This document shows, one piece after another, positions 1-12,149 of a stretch of 64,000 nucleotides of DNA. Where the stretch lies: positions 26,732,507 through 26,796,506 of the forward strand of contig JAUZTB010000068.1 in NCBI GenBank assembly GCA_034780895.1, in the 5' to 3' direction. This DNA is from Rhynchobatus australiae. Taxonomy: Eukaryota. How positions within the stretch are numbered: the first letter of the stretch is position 1; each line of letters opens with the position of its first letter. The notes beneath the pieces were generated by a model that saw only the letters and a list, made by a program, of their open reading frames with translations, did not search any database and was not told the DNA's origin. A program made the translations under genes and the position numbers.

Positions 1-95
1 GAACGTACAAACTCCTTACAGGCAGCGGCGGGAATCAAACCCGGGTCGCTGGTGCTGTAATAGCGTCGTGCTAACCACTATGCTACCGTGCCGCC
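1..95 (-). mobile_element. tRNA-derived V-SINE (HE1-like), 5' head, truncated by window edge
   Basis: Reverse complement GGCGGCACGGTAGCATAGTGGTTAGCAC...GGGTTTGATTCCCG has pol III A and B boxes. Same head as the copies at 6.05 and 9.96 kb. Confidence 0.85.
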
Positions 96-1124
96 TTCCA
101 GTATCTTAGGGAAATGCATGGAGAAGGTAGAGAAACAGGATCGGGGATTATGCACTGAGTTGGAATGTAGGGCTGGATCATCAGTAACTTGTGTTAAAGC
201 AACTGGGCAGGACTGACCGCTTGATGGTGAGCCCAGTACAACACTAGTTATCCCAGGAACAATTAATGGTGCTTGCTCCGAGGACAAGTTCGTACCCCCA
301 CAATAACCTCTATCTTAGAAAATGTTTCAGGGATGAAAAGGCAACTAAAACCGGCAACACCCACCCACAAATAATCTATATTGCTTTTCACTCCAGGAAA
401 AATCTACATTTAGTTGTGAAACAATGACAAAAGAAAACAATATAACATGATTGAATCGCTCAACCACCTTTTCCAGTCTAGTTTTAACCTGGTAATATTT
501 AAATTTTACTGCTGCAATCCCAGTGACAGAATTTTAGGTGCAGATGGCAGAAAAGAAACAGGGAAACCAGAAAGCTGTGGTGCCTTGATCTAAAACAAAC
601 AAATTTTATGACATATGTCAGTGATGACAAACCTGATTCTGAAATGAATCACCAAATCTTCACCGATTGTATAAGGTTTATATATAAAATAAATGCTCTA
701 TAAAATGTAAACTGGGAAAGAACACTGCTTATATTTATCACATTAAGATGCCAACATTATTTTAAAGCCACAAATAAATTATACCTCAGTTGCACTCACA
801 GAACTAATTCTCCACAGACCTGGTATTGTGCTCTCTTTACAGCTTAAGCTTAGGTGACTGGATCATTTCAATCATCCCTGCTTATTTACTTACCAGAGCA
901 ACTTACAGAATGATGCTGATGGGGAAACCTAACTCTCTTCTTTAACTGTGATTTAGGACTTTTCTATTTTTTTTAACCGAACAATTCAATTTTTTTTGAT
1001 AATTCAAAACAAGGTTGAACAAAACTGGCTTTTCAATGGCTTTGCTGACAATTTAAGAGATGTGTAAAAATATTCAAAAACTTTTAACTGTTTTGATTGG
1101 TTAGGGGACTTGCCTTAATTAACG

Positions 1125-1316
1125 AAAACAGAAAATGCTGGAAACAGCAGGTTAGGCAGCAACCGTGGAAAGAGAAACAGAGCCAAATTTTCAAGTACAA
1201 GACCCTTCAATGAAATGTTACCTCTATTTCTCTTTCCACAGACGCTGCAGGACCTGCTGAGTGTTTCTGGAATTTTCTGTGTTTATTGCAAATTTTCAAT
1301 ATCTGTACTTCTGTTT
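1125..1316. repeat. Inverted (head-to-head) pair of Penelope-like terminal repeat fragments
   Basis: Left arm acagaaaatgctggaaacagcaggttaggcagc...gtggaaagagaaacagag is complementary to right arm ctctatttctctttccacagacgctgc...acctgctgagtgtttctggaattttctgt. Confidence 0.7.
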
Positions 1317-1937
1317 TGAATTTCATCAATGTGGCTTATCTGGCTGTCAAAGAAATGTATTTTTTGTATGGATCTTGTCCTGCTCACCCCTCCAATATGA
1401 CGATATTTATCAGCACAAGTCCTTGCTCTGGTAGATGGCCTCACTGATGAGGATCTGGAGAACTTTAGTCTGGAAGTAGACATCAGCTAATCCACGAAAC
1501 GTAAGCCTGTATTTACCATAGGGTTGGAAACAGGTGTAGATGGCTCAATACTGCTAAGGCATTGTGTCCATAACCTTCTTTGCTGGTTGGAGACTTTTGC
1601 TTCATTACATTCCTGTGATGTGCCTGAGAATCTTTCACTTAGTTATTGCGTGAAGAAGCAAAAAATGTAGGTAAATCTTACATATAAGCTACAATCATTC
1701 ATCTCTACTGAAAGTCTTAAATAAAAATATCGTGGAGCTTATTGCTTAGAGTGCATTTGACAGTAAAAAAAATTCTACTGTTTTTCACAGTAACTCAACC
1801 GAAAATTGAAATAAAATGTTTTCACCAGTTTGGTGTAAGTGCTTGATGTCAAAGCTCAATAAACATTTTGATTTGCCACTTAACTTTTTACTCCAGGTAT
1901 TCAATACGGAGAATGTTAAGCTTGAAAGTTGTAGAGA

Positions 1938-2190
1938 CATAGAGTCTTACAGACAGAAATGGATCCTTCAGACCACCATGGCCATGTCAACCATTTTGCC
2001 CATCTANNNNNNNNNNNNNNNNNNNNNNNNNNNNNNNNNNNNNNNNNNNNNNNNNNNNNNNNNNNNNNNNNNNNNNNNNNNNNNNNNNNNNNNNNNNNNN
2101 NNATTCCAGATATCAACCACTCTCTGTGTATAAAAATTACCGCTCAGGTCCCCTTTAAAGCTCCTTCCTCTCACCCTTAACCTATACCCT
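1938..2190 (-). mobile_element. CR1-type LINE 3' end fragment (gap inside)
   Basis: Reverse-complement similarity to the 3' end of the 6.4-7.8 kb element (accactctctgtgt...aaaa, ctctcaccttaaacctat). Confidence 0.7.
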
Positions 2191-2659
2191 TTTTGTCAGC
2201 ATTGTGTCATCCCTATTGATATTAACTGGAATATATCTCGGACTGATGAATAATGCAACTAAACAGGAACTGACATTCAGTCCTCACTGGCAAAGCCAAC
2301 AAGGCAACATGCCACTAGGGAGTAATCAAGTTCTTCAGATGATGAATTATTCAAATTGCTGACTGAATTCTATGACTGGGATTGGTTTTAACAAGGACCC
2401 TCTTTTGGAAATGGGGATAAATCCTTCAAAGAATCAACTGTTCTTGTGGCGAGTTAAATGATTATGTTTAAATGTATATCTTCTTAAAACAATAATCACA
2501 TCAGCTTTGATTTTCAAATGGACACTTTAACAAAATGATGGTTCGTCAAAGTTTGGCTCAAGTTTATATTGGGACCACCAAGTCTGCAGTAAAGGCAAGA
2601 AGAATACAACAATGTGCATTTTGCTTACAATAACCTAAACCTACAACCTTTTTCAAATA

Positions 2660-2790
2660 AAAACTGAAACTGTTGGAAACACTGGGCATTATCTGTGGAA
2701 AGAGAAATAGAATTAACGTTTCAGGTGATGCCCTATGACCTGAAATGTTTCTGCTTTTTATTTTAGCTTTCTGGCATCTGCAGTATTTTT
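2660..2790. repeat. Inverted Penelope-like terminal repeat remnant
   Basis: atctgtggaaagagaaatagaattaacgtttcaggt...acctgaaatgtt...ctggcatctgcagta. Same family as 1.1, 20.1, 48.6 and 55.0 kb. Confidence 0.6.
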
Positions 2791-4932
2791 TTAAAGTCTC
2801 GATCTTTGTTCAACATGAGCTCTGCACTGGCAGAGCTCAGTGCATGCAAGCAAGTATAGACATTTCCAAAAATAAGGGAAAATGAGACAAAAATATTGGA
2901 AATATTCTCTCCTTTTGCAATATTATGGCTGCCCTTGCTTGTCCTTGCCATAAGCACAGAAAAACAACTTCCCTCAAGAGAATCTCAAAGAATTTCAGGG
3001 CAAGTCAATCAACTGGCCAGTCTGGTCTCTTTAGGTCTGGGGAATGAGCATTCCCCAAAATCAACGTTGACTTGTGATAAACATGTGATTCCAATCAGGT
3101 GACAAGATCATTGTCAATCTCTCCTTTCCCATGAATACAATGCTCCTCAATCTTGTTTAAAGACAGTAAAACTCTCAGGTGACTAAAATTAGACGAGGCC
3201 ACCATAAAGATTAAGTTGCTCTATCTTTTCTGATTATTTAGTCTATTGTCCACTGTTGATCAGAGAAAATATTATTCTTCACTTTCACTGCTGAAAATAG
3301 AAACTGTATCACAAGTTCTTAAAAGGATTGAAAGTTTTTTAGTAAACACAAACTACATGAGCTGGCCAGATGTGCAAAACATTTTGTCAACCTTGACATT
3401 TATGGGGAAAACTATTTCGAACTGTTGTTGGAAACATGACAAGTCAGTTTTGGACTATTGTTATGTAAAAAATAGTTTGATCAAAAACAGTAATCTAAAT
3501 GTTCTGAAGTTCTCTTCAACAGTAAAGGATAACATTGTTTGATGCACAATGATGCATCTCCGTGTTGGGCAGATGGAATGAAATGACTCGAGAAATGTTG
3601 AACTTCACATGCCATTAGAATGCAGCAGTTACATCCAATCTTTAGAGCTCAGGTGACCAATGGAAAGCATCGGACTGCAGCTTTGTTCGGAAAATTCCTC
3701 GTCATCGTCTTACCGATGGAGACATTGACATTTTGGAGTTTAACTAGCACCAAGCGTGAGCTACAATTGGTACAGCTGGAGCCACTTGGCTTGCAGGCTG
3801 CATGGAGATGTTTGCTGCTCTTTTCTTCTGCCATCCAGGCAGATGAAACATAGAAATTATTTTCCTTTAAAACGATTTTTGAAAAACGAACTAATTAATT
3901 GACTGCTGCTCTCTTTCCCAGAAGATGAAAGAACAACAGCAACTTATACATGGCAAGGCAAGCAAATCTGTTTCTAGCAACACTCCAACAAACAGTAATA
4001 GTTTAAGTATACCAAGGAATCATGCACAGCACAGCACAGCAGAGAAGTTAATCACAGCATGGTCTTCGAAAATGAACACTCAGAAAATAACAACAGTGAA
4101 AAACTGCAAAGTAAGTACTATAACGTAACCTGGACAACGGTCCAAAAACGTTCATCAGAAGGAATACAGAAATCGCAGGACTGTTCATTGCTCAGGGCAA
4201 TGTGGTTGCAGTCAAGGAACCTTCTTCTACCTCCCCTCCACAATTATGAGTGAGTGACTATGTTGAAGTGGGCATGATGGGTCCCATGCTGATCCATTGT
4301 ACTGTTGGCGAGATCACTGCTGGAGGGCATCAGCAGGTTGGGAAAGTCCTGGTGTAACCATCAGCAATGTGACACAAACAATACTGAGGAAACAATTCAT
4401 AGTTTGTGGGAGGACTGAGTGGAGGATCAAGCAAGCAGATAAATAAACATTTATTCTTGCTTTGTTTGTCTATTTGACATTTAATCTGCAATCTTTTCTC
4501 TCAAATGCAGGAAGCAAAGTAATGCACATGTAGCCAAATAGATAGAAATTGTTTTTTGATACTTAAACCAGTTGCAAAGAAATTGGCAACGAGCTGTACT
4601 CAGTCTGGACACAGTTATNNNNNNNNNNNNNNNNNNNNNNNNNNNNNNNNNNNNNNNNNNNNNNNNNNNNNNNNNNNNNNNNNNNNNNNNNNNNNNNNNN
4701 NNNNNNNNNNNNNNNNNNNNNNNNNNNNNNNNNNNNNNNNNNNNNNNNNNNNNNNNNNNNNNNNNNNNNNNNNNNNNNNNNNNNNNNNNNNNNNNNNNNN
4801 NNNNNNNNNNNNNNNNNNNNNNNNNNNNNNNNNNNNNNNNNNNNNNNNNNNNNNNNNNNNNNNNNNNNNNNNNNNNNNNNNNNNNNNNNNNNNNNNNNNN
4901 NNNNNNNNNNNNNNNNNNNNNNNNNNNNNNNN

Positions 4933-5015
4933 CCCCAGAACACTCTACGCAAAAGATGTATTTCACTGTGTGTTTCGATGTACATGTGACTAATAAAGAT
5001 ATCTTATCTATCTTA
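4933..5015 (+). mobile_element. V-SINE 3' tail (body in gap)
   Basis: ccccagaacactctacgcaaaagatgtatttcactgtgtgtttcgatgtacatgtgactaataaa matches the tails at 10.16 and 35.06 kb. Confidence 0.75.
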
Positions 5016-5164
5016 ATCGTTTAAAAAGGTGGGGTCCTTTCTCAAACCAGAGAGTGAAGTTTTCTTAACCTAGCAGCAGCATATAAAAGGGAGGAAAACT
5101 CCAGCGGGAGCAGTCTTTTAGGAGCAGCCATTTTGAGAGGGGCTCTTCATGCTGACAGGCTGGC

Positions 5165-5548
5165 ATCATGCAACTTGTTGGTCTTCCAGCACAGCGAGAT
5201 GTCCGAAAGGGAATGCTGCCGACTGCCACGTTCCAGGCTGCAGGAGTACGTGCTGAGGGACGCACTGGAGCTCAGTGCAGCCACTGCAAAGGCTCTGTGG
5301 GGGAGGACCACAGTCGAAGCTCCTCTGCTACTGCACATGGAGCGGCAGAGTCGGGTGGAGAAGCCTCTCAAATGTTGAAGTGGCGTATCACCCCAGGGGG
5401 TCATGTGAGTGGGAATGGTGCTATGGTTTCAAAAAATAAGTTAATACTACTGAAGGTAATGACCATGAATGTAAAAGTTTTGGACTGCTTCTTCGTTTGT
5501 ATAAAATCTTTATTATAAATAAAGTTTATTTTTGAAATTTAAAAAAAA
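5165..5548 (+). mobile_element. L1/Tx1-clade LINE 3' fragment with A-rich tail
   Basis: Encodes NLLVFQHSEMSERECCRLPRSRLQEYVLRDALELSAATAKALWGRTTV, resembling a Tx1/L1 ORF2 C-terminus. Ends aataaagtttatttttgaaatttaaaaaaaa. Second copy at 8.8-9.3 kb. Confidence 0.7.
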
Positions 5549-6052
5549 TCTCCCTCAGTGTATTTGACTTAGCTAGCTCCACAGCGTAAATTAAGTTGGT
5601 TACAGTTCTTATGTCTATCTGATCATTGATTCACAGACTGAATCAACATTTCAATACGAAGGTGAAATGACAAGACATCCCACCATGGAGATGGGCATTT
5701 CCTGACACTTATGTGGCACACTGGTGAACTGCCACTTGATGTTCCAAATGGTGATAAGGTCTCAACATTCCTGGGCATTGGCTGCTTTTTTCCCTGATAC
5801 CTCACTCTATCGAGTGAGGTCCCTGTCTGAGCATCAGAGATATAATAGTACTCCTTCACAGCAGAGAAAGAGGGGACTTCTCCTTGTTGCATCTTCTTCT
5901 TCTCCCAGCTCTCCTTTCTCTCTTGTTCAGCTGTGAAGAGCAGAAGATGTGCCAATAATGCAGCCATATTGTGACCAGCCAGTGTCTAAATGGAAGAGGC
6001 TCTTTGTAAAATGCTGTAGATTTCCCCAAGTAGATGGGGTAATAAAACCTCT

Positions 6053-6311
6053 GTAGTGTAGTGGTTCACGCAACGCTATTACAGCACCAGTGATCGGGGT
6101 TCGATTCCCGTCGCTGTCTGTGAGGAGTTTGTACGTTCTCCCGTGTCTACGTGGGTTTCCTCCGGGTGCTCCGGTTTCCTCCCACATTCCAAAGACGCAC
6201 GTGTAGGTTAATATGGGTTTAAGAATGGGCGGCGTGGACTTGTTGGGCTGGAAGAGCCTGTTACCACGCTGTAAATAAAATTTAAATTTAAAATTTAAAA
6301 TAAAATTTAAA
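6053..6311 (+). mobile_element. V-SINE, near full length, CR1-like tail with (TTTAAA)n end
   Basis: A box, B box GGTTCGATTCC, V-domain GGGTGCTCCGGTTTCCTCCCACATTCCAAAGAC, and tail gggctggaagagcctgttacc. Confidence 0.88.
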
Positions 6312-6379
6312 CTTAAAAAGCTATTCAAAGGGCCAAGAGGCCCATGAAGTGTCCTTGGCAAGTAGAATTAAGGAAAATA

Positions 6380-7772
6380 CCAATACATTTTATGTAGATG
6401 TCAAAAGCAAAAGGGCAGTTGGGAAAGAGTAGAACCACTCAAGGACAAAGGAGGGAATTCATCCCTGGAGTTGGAGGAAGTGGGTAGGGTCCTAAACGAA
6501 TACTTCACATTGGTACTCACCAAGGAGAAGGAAATGATTGTCGATGAGATCAGGGAGGAGCACATGGAAATTCCAGGGCATGTCAGTATTAAGGAGGAGG
6601 AGGTGTTGGGTATCTTGAAAAACATCAAGATAAATAAGTCCCCATGGACTGATGGAAATTACCCCAGGATACTGAGGGAGACAGGGGAGGGGATTGTTGA
6701 GGCCTTGGCCGAGATCTTGGTATCCACTTTAGCCGCAGGGAGGTCCCATAAGACTTCAGAATAGCCAATGTTGTTCCTTTGTTTAAGAAGAATTAACTCG
6801 CATTTGGAAAAGCATCGACTGATGAGAGATAATCAGCATGGCTTTGTGCAGGGGAGGTCCCAGTCACAAATTTGACTCAGTTTTTTGAGGAAATGATGAT
6901 GATTGACCAGCGTATGGCAGTGAATGCTGTATACCTGGACTTCAGTGAAGCATCTGATAAGGTCCCTCATGATAGGCCGATCCTGAAGATTAAGGCACAT
7001 AATGTCCATGGTGAGTTGTAGAATGTATATACTAAATGGCAGGACCCTTAGAAGCACTGATATACAGAGGGATCTTGGGATACGTCCATAGGTCACTGAG
7101 CGTGGCCAACAAGTGGATAGGGTGGTAAAGAAGGCACATGCTATGCTTGCCTTCATCGGTTAGGTCATTAGGTGTAAAAGCTGGGAAGTCATGTTGCCAC
7201 TATATAAGACTTTTAGGTATGCTGCATTTGGAGTATTGTGTGCAGTTCTGGTTGCCAACTACAGGAAGATTGTGGAGGCTTTGAAGAGGATGCAGGGAGG
7301 GTTCACCAAGATATTACCTGAATTGGAGAGTATTAGCTACAAGGAGAGTTTGGACAAATTCAGTTCGTTTCCTCTGGAGCGTCAGGGACGGAGGGGAGAT
7401 CTGACCGAAGTATATAAAATTATGAGAGGCATAGATTGGGTGGTATTTCCCAGGGTGGTAATGTCAAATACTAGAAGACATAGCTTTAAGGTGAGAAGGG
7501 GAACATTTAAGAGATTTGCAAAGCAAGTATTTTTACACAAAATCTGACAGGTGCCTGGAATGTGCTGCCATGGGAGATGGTGGAAGCAGATATGATAGGA
7601 ACTTTTAAGAGGCATTTAAGAGGCACATGAACAGACAGGGGATAGAGGGATACAGATCATGTGAAGGCAGATGGAATGAGTTAGACTGAAATCATGCTCG
7701 GTGCAGACATGATTGACCCAAGATCCTGCTCCTGTGCTGTACTGTTCTATGTTTTACATTCTATGACTATCA
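6380..7772 (+). mobile_element. CR1-type (HER1-like) LINE, degenerate ORF2 with internal deletion and intact 3' end
   Basis: Fragments translate as EVGRVLNEYFTLVLTKE, KSPWTDGNYPRILRE, ANVVPLFKK, QHGFVQGRS, VYLDFSEASDKVPH, QRDLG and RGDLTEVYKIMRGID. The 3' end is cctgtgctgtactgttctatg. The RT core appears deleted near 7020. Confidence 0.92.
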
Positions 7773-8829
7773 TGGCAGTCTCCGTGATCTTGCTAGTCGG
7801 GTCTTGGTTCTGTTTGTAACTAAATTCTCCAGCATTTCCTTAAAACTATACAGGAATGAGAAACCATGGACACATGGCATGATCCCAAGAGAAATTCATC
7901 CACCTAATGGTGCAGTTGAATACCTCAGAATAAATAGGTCACCTGAGCCCCCTCTGTGCATGGGATATTTTGCACACATGCATATTCAGAGAGTGTTTCA
8001 TTGGTTGATTCTCTCTCATTCACTAAGATATTGGATGATGGGTGGTTATTTAAACTAACAAAGTGCTTCGTTGCACAGCAGAGCTTACAGAAAGTTGAGC
8101 AGCATTTCCCTATTGTGTTCCCACTACAGAGTCAGCCGGATCCGCCCCAGAGGTCATGTGATGCAATTCTGCAAGAGCTGCCAACCAATATTATATAAGC
8201 TGTACATGTGACAGTGAGTGACAACTCCCTCAGTTAATGAGCTATTTAAGATTCATTCATATGTGGAGCCTTTAGTGTGACGTGTATATTACTTGTTCTT
8301 GAGAAAAGAGCCTCTGACATGTCTAAAGGGCTGTAAAGTACAAGCTGTGGCAAATATCAGCACCTGGAAAAATCTGTAGTTCAATGTCACTGCCACAGGC
8401 AGAAGAGTGTAGGATAGATGTATGGCTGGATCTCTGTTTGCTACAGACAGCAGATGTCTCTGACTAATTCTTTAAAAATATCAGCCTCTAGCTACACTGC
8501 CCCTCAAACAATGAGAGATTTACATTCAGTGAGGAGAGCCCTCATCCTCTCTTCTTCAGGCTTCCATTGACAAGGAAACCTGCCTTTGGACAATCTCCTC
8601 CAGGTCATGCTGAAGGTGCAATGGGATCTTTATCATATTCCTTATTCTTGGGGAAAAAAATTGAAACCAACACTTTTAATAACAAGTTAAACTCTGGGAT
8701 CCTGCCAGTTGAGCTAAGCTCAAGGAGATATAGGGGATCATTGAGCAGGAAGTTTGGTGGAGGGGGTCTTGGGCTGGTGAGACCTGTTTCAGTGTTATTG
8801 AAAGGGAGTACGGTTGCACAGACCGGGAT

Positions 8830-9328
8830 CTGACACCGGGAACCCAGCTCATGCAGGTTGCCTTGAAGTAATATGCATACCCAGCTTTCCTCCATAGGCA
8901 ACAGACTCTTCCCAGGGATGCATACTGAGACAAGCATCAGTTGCTGCTGGAAGATCATCAACTTGGAGTTAGTCACACTTTGGTCTTCCAGTACAATGAG
9001 ATGTCCATAAGGGAATACTGATGACTGGCATATTCCAGGCTGCAGGAGCATGTGCTAATGGATATATTGAAGCTTGGTGCAGCCAATGGAAAGGCTTTGT
9101 GGGGAAGGTCCAGCTACCACTCGACATTGAAGTGTGGGTCCTGTGTAAAAAACTTTCAAACACTTGAAGTGCATGTCGTCCAAAGAGACCACATGAGTGT
9201 TCATGGTGCTCTGTACAGAAAGTATACTAACAAGACAAATGAATAGATCTGATAATACTATGAATGTAAAGAAAGCTGTGCACTATTTTTATATTTCTTA
9301 TGAATAAAGTTTTATTTTTGGGAAAAAA
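8830..9328 (+). mobile_element. L1/Tx1-clade LINE 3' fragment
   Basis: Homologous to 5165-5548 (ggtcttccagtacaatgagatgtcc...ttccaggctgcaggagcatgtgct...gctttgtggggaagg). Ends atgaataaagtttatttttgggaaaaaa. Confidence 0.7.
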
Positions 9329-9963
9329 TGGTTCTCCTCTTCTGGTCCTGCATATCCTCCCACTGACCCTGATGGACAATCAGCAACACTCCTTTAATAT
9401 ATCAGACATGCAGAGGACACAGAATAAACCACAGCTCGAAATGTGTCCTCAATTTTCTTTTGGGTTTGATTTTCTTTTAAATTGAATCCTGTTACAAACT
9501 ACAATGTGCCGCTACTTCAGTTTCATGGACCTCAGTATTTTGGACTTGGGAAGTACATTTTCTAGGAAGACAGTTTTTAGAAGTTGCCATTTTTTGGATC
9601 ACCGAACTCATTTTATTTGTTCTCAAATATCAAGATTTCTGTTTACTCGGGTCCTTCTCCAAGCAGCTCAGTAAACTGACAATAAATCCACCAAAATCAT
9701 CCCACAAATGTATGCACAAGGTCCACATTCTCCAGTCTCCCAGGGTACTCCGACTACCAGCAAACCCATCTCATGAGGTAGACCACCTAAGTGCTCAGAT
9801 CGGGCGTTGGGTAAGAAATTCACAGATGCAATCACTGATGCGATAAGTGACTCTGATAACGTTACTTTAACAGAGCCTTCACTGAAATGTTACTGTGCAC
9901 GTACAAATACAGCAACTGCCCAGGCCAGCATGCTTTTCTCCATATTCCAGCATATCCCAAAAT

Positions 9964-10207
9964 ACGGTAGTGTAGCAGTTAACATAACGCTATTACAGCA
10001 CCAGTGATCTGGGTTCAATTCCCGCTGCTGTCTGTAAGGAGTTTGTACATTCTCCCAGTGTCTGCGTGGGTTTCCTCCCATATTCCATAGACGTACGGGT
10101 TAGGAGCTGTGTGCATGCTATGTTGGCACTGGAAGCGTGGCAACACTTGCGGGCTGCCCCCAGAACACTTTATGCAAAAGATGCATTTCACTGTGTGTTT
10201 TGATGTA
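9964..10207 (+). mobile_element. V-SINE with alternative (Rex1-like) tail
   Basis: Same tRNA-like head as 6053, with tail ...gggctgcccccagaacac...tttcactgtgtgttttgatgta. Confidence 0.85.
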
Positions 10208-10458
10208 NNNNNNNNNNNNNNNNNNNNNNNNNNNNNNNNNNNNNNNNNNNNNNNNNNNNNNNNNNNNNNNNNNNNNNNNNNNNNNNNNNNNNNNNNNNNN
10301 NNNNNNNNNNNNNNNNNNNNNNNNNNNNNNNNNNNNNNNNNNNNNNNNNNNNNNNNNNNNNNNNNNNNNNNNNNNNNNNNNNNNNNNNNNNNNNNNNNNN
10401 NNNNNNNNNNNNNNNNNNNNNNNNNNNNNNNNNNNNNNNNNNNNNNNNNNNNNNNNNN

Positions 10459-10775
10459 GGGAGAGTGGAAATTGCAACAGAAGCTGGGAGGTGATAGCTG
10501 GAGATGACACAGGGACTATTGATGGTAGAACCTGATAGGAGAGGAAGGTGGAGCATGGAGTCAAGTAAGGGTGGTAGGGTGTGGAGGGCAGGTGGGAACA
10601 GTGCGGCAGAGAGGAACCAGTGGAAGGAGTGTGTAGGCAATGGGTAGATGGAGTGTGTGGAAGAAGGGAAAGGAACTGTGATTGGGGGTGTATGCTGGGG
10701 TGAGTATAGTAGATCAGGAGGAAAGAGAAAAGGGATGGGGGGGTCAATTACCTAAAATTGGAGAATTTAATGTTC
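10459..10775 (-). mobile_element. Penelope-like element fragment: ORF C-terminus and pyrimidine-rich 3' region
   Basis: Minus strand reads AAC ATT AAA TTC TCC AAT TTT AGG TAA (NIKFSNFR*), the same terminus as 49031-49095, followed by a CT-rich tract. Confidence 0.6.
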
Positions 10776-12149
10776 TGTTGTGTCTCAATATAATAAATAT
10801 TGTTCACCATGAACCAGCTGCACAAACAGAGCAGTTCTCCCCCTCCACATTACTCTGATTCTGTTACACAAGGTTGATTGCTGCTCTGGATCTAGGCACA
10901 CATATGGCATTATAATAGTTGGTATACTCTGACTGTGGAGGTGCGTGTGTGTGCCTTTTCTGGATCTGAAGAGGTGACAAACCATCATCCGACATGAGGC
11001 TGAGATCCACTAGCTACTTCCCCCAATGCCTCTCCTTCACCCGTACTGCTGGCATGCTTGCAATGTTAACAGGGTGTGTGGGTCCAGAGTGGAGTCAAAG
11101 TGGTACTAACAGCCCAACTCAAGAGCCAAGATATAAGCATCAATATTAAACATGGCTATGGGACAACGTATTAAACTTCCCACATACCACCCACTAGTTC
11201 TTTTGGCAAAAAGAAATTAGCTTCAATCCTCTGAGTTCATAGTGTGTGCCTTCTTGACAGCATATTCCAGAACCTTACTTCATAGTCTCTTCAAACGGCC
11301 AAATAGTTTCGTCCTATAGTAATCAAATCCTAACTTTACCATGAAAATAAAGAGATTAAGTGGCAACTGAACAGATTACACATGAGATCACATTGCCATT
11401 CACTTTTTAAAGAAAGATATAAGAAAAAGGGAATAAAATATCAGAAGGGAACAAAATGATCAAAATTAATTATAATTCGTCATGATGCTTTTGAAGGCTT
11501 TTTCCAGCAAGATTTGCTCTTCACACGAAAGTTTTAAGATGGATGAGACCAAGGTCAAAGTGTTAGGTCCTTACTCAATGCCAAGCGTTATTTTATTTAA
11601 GCCCACCCCTTACATTCTTTGAAAAATGCATGAGTGAAACCTAAAATAAACAAGATAAAAAGAGATTACGCACACTGTGATTGTTTATGATTTTGTTTTG
11701 TAATCTACAAACTTGTCAAAATGCCGAATAGTTGTAATAATCACCACACCAAGACAGAGCTGTAACTCTGGCTCATACTGGCCATTTATTGGAACATGTG
11801 TAGAATTACACTATACAGCAACCATTTTATTTTGGTTTCTGCTTTAAATCCAAAAGTTAATTTAGGAATATAAAGAAAGGATAAAGGTAGCAAAATTTCA
11901 CGATTACTAANNNNNNNNNNAGTTGAAAGAAACCGTAAGGGACCAATGAGCTGCTCTGTCTCAGCCAGATGGCAGGAGCATCAGAAAATAGGCTGCCTGC
12001 CAAATATGGTAACCTGGTTTCTGAGGGGGTGAGGTGGTCTACTCTCTGTGTGGTATCTAGCATTCGAGCGAACTGAACTAAGGAAGCAATTACCAGAGCT
12101 GGTCCTCAGCTGTGTTTAAACAGAGAGCTGGTACTCAAGGCTAAATGAA

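Noticed and set aside
1408-1490. Plus-strand frame LSAQVLALVDGLTDEDLENFSLEVDIS* as a terminal exon
   Set aside because: Protein-like but very short, with a weak acceptor, no partner exons and no recognised homology.
6053-6125. tRNA gene
   Set aside because: A and B boxes are present but continue directly into the V-SINE body, so this is a SINE head, not a tRNA.
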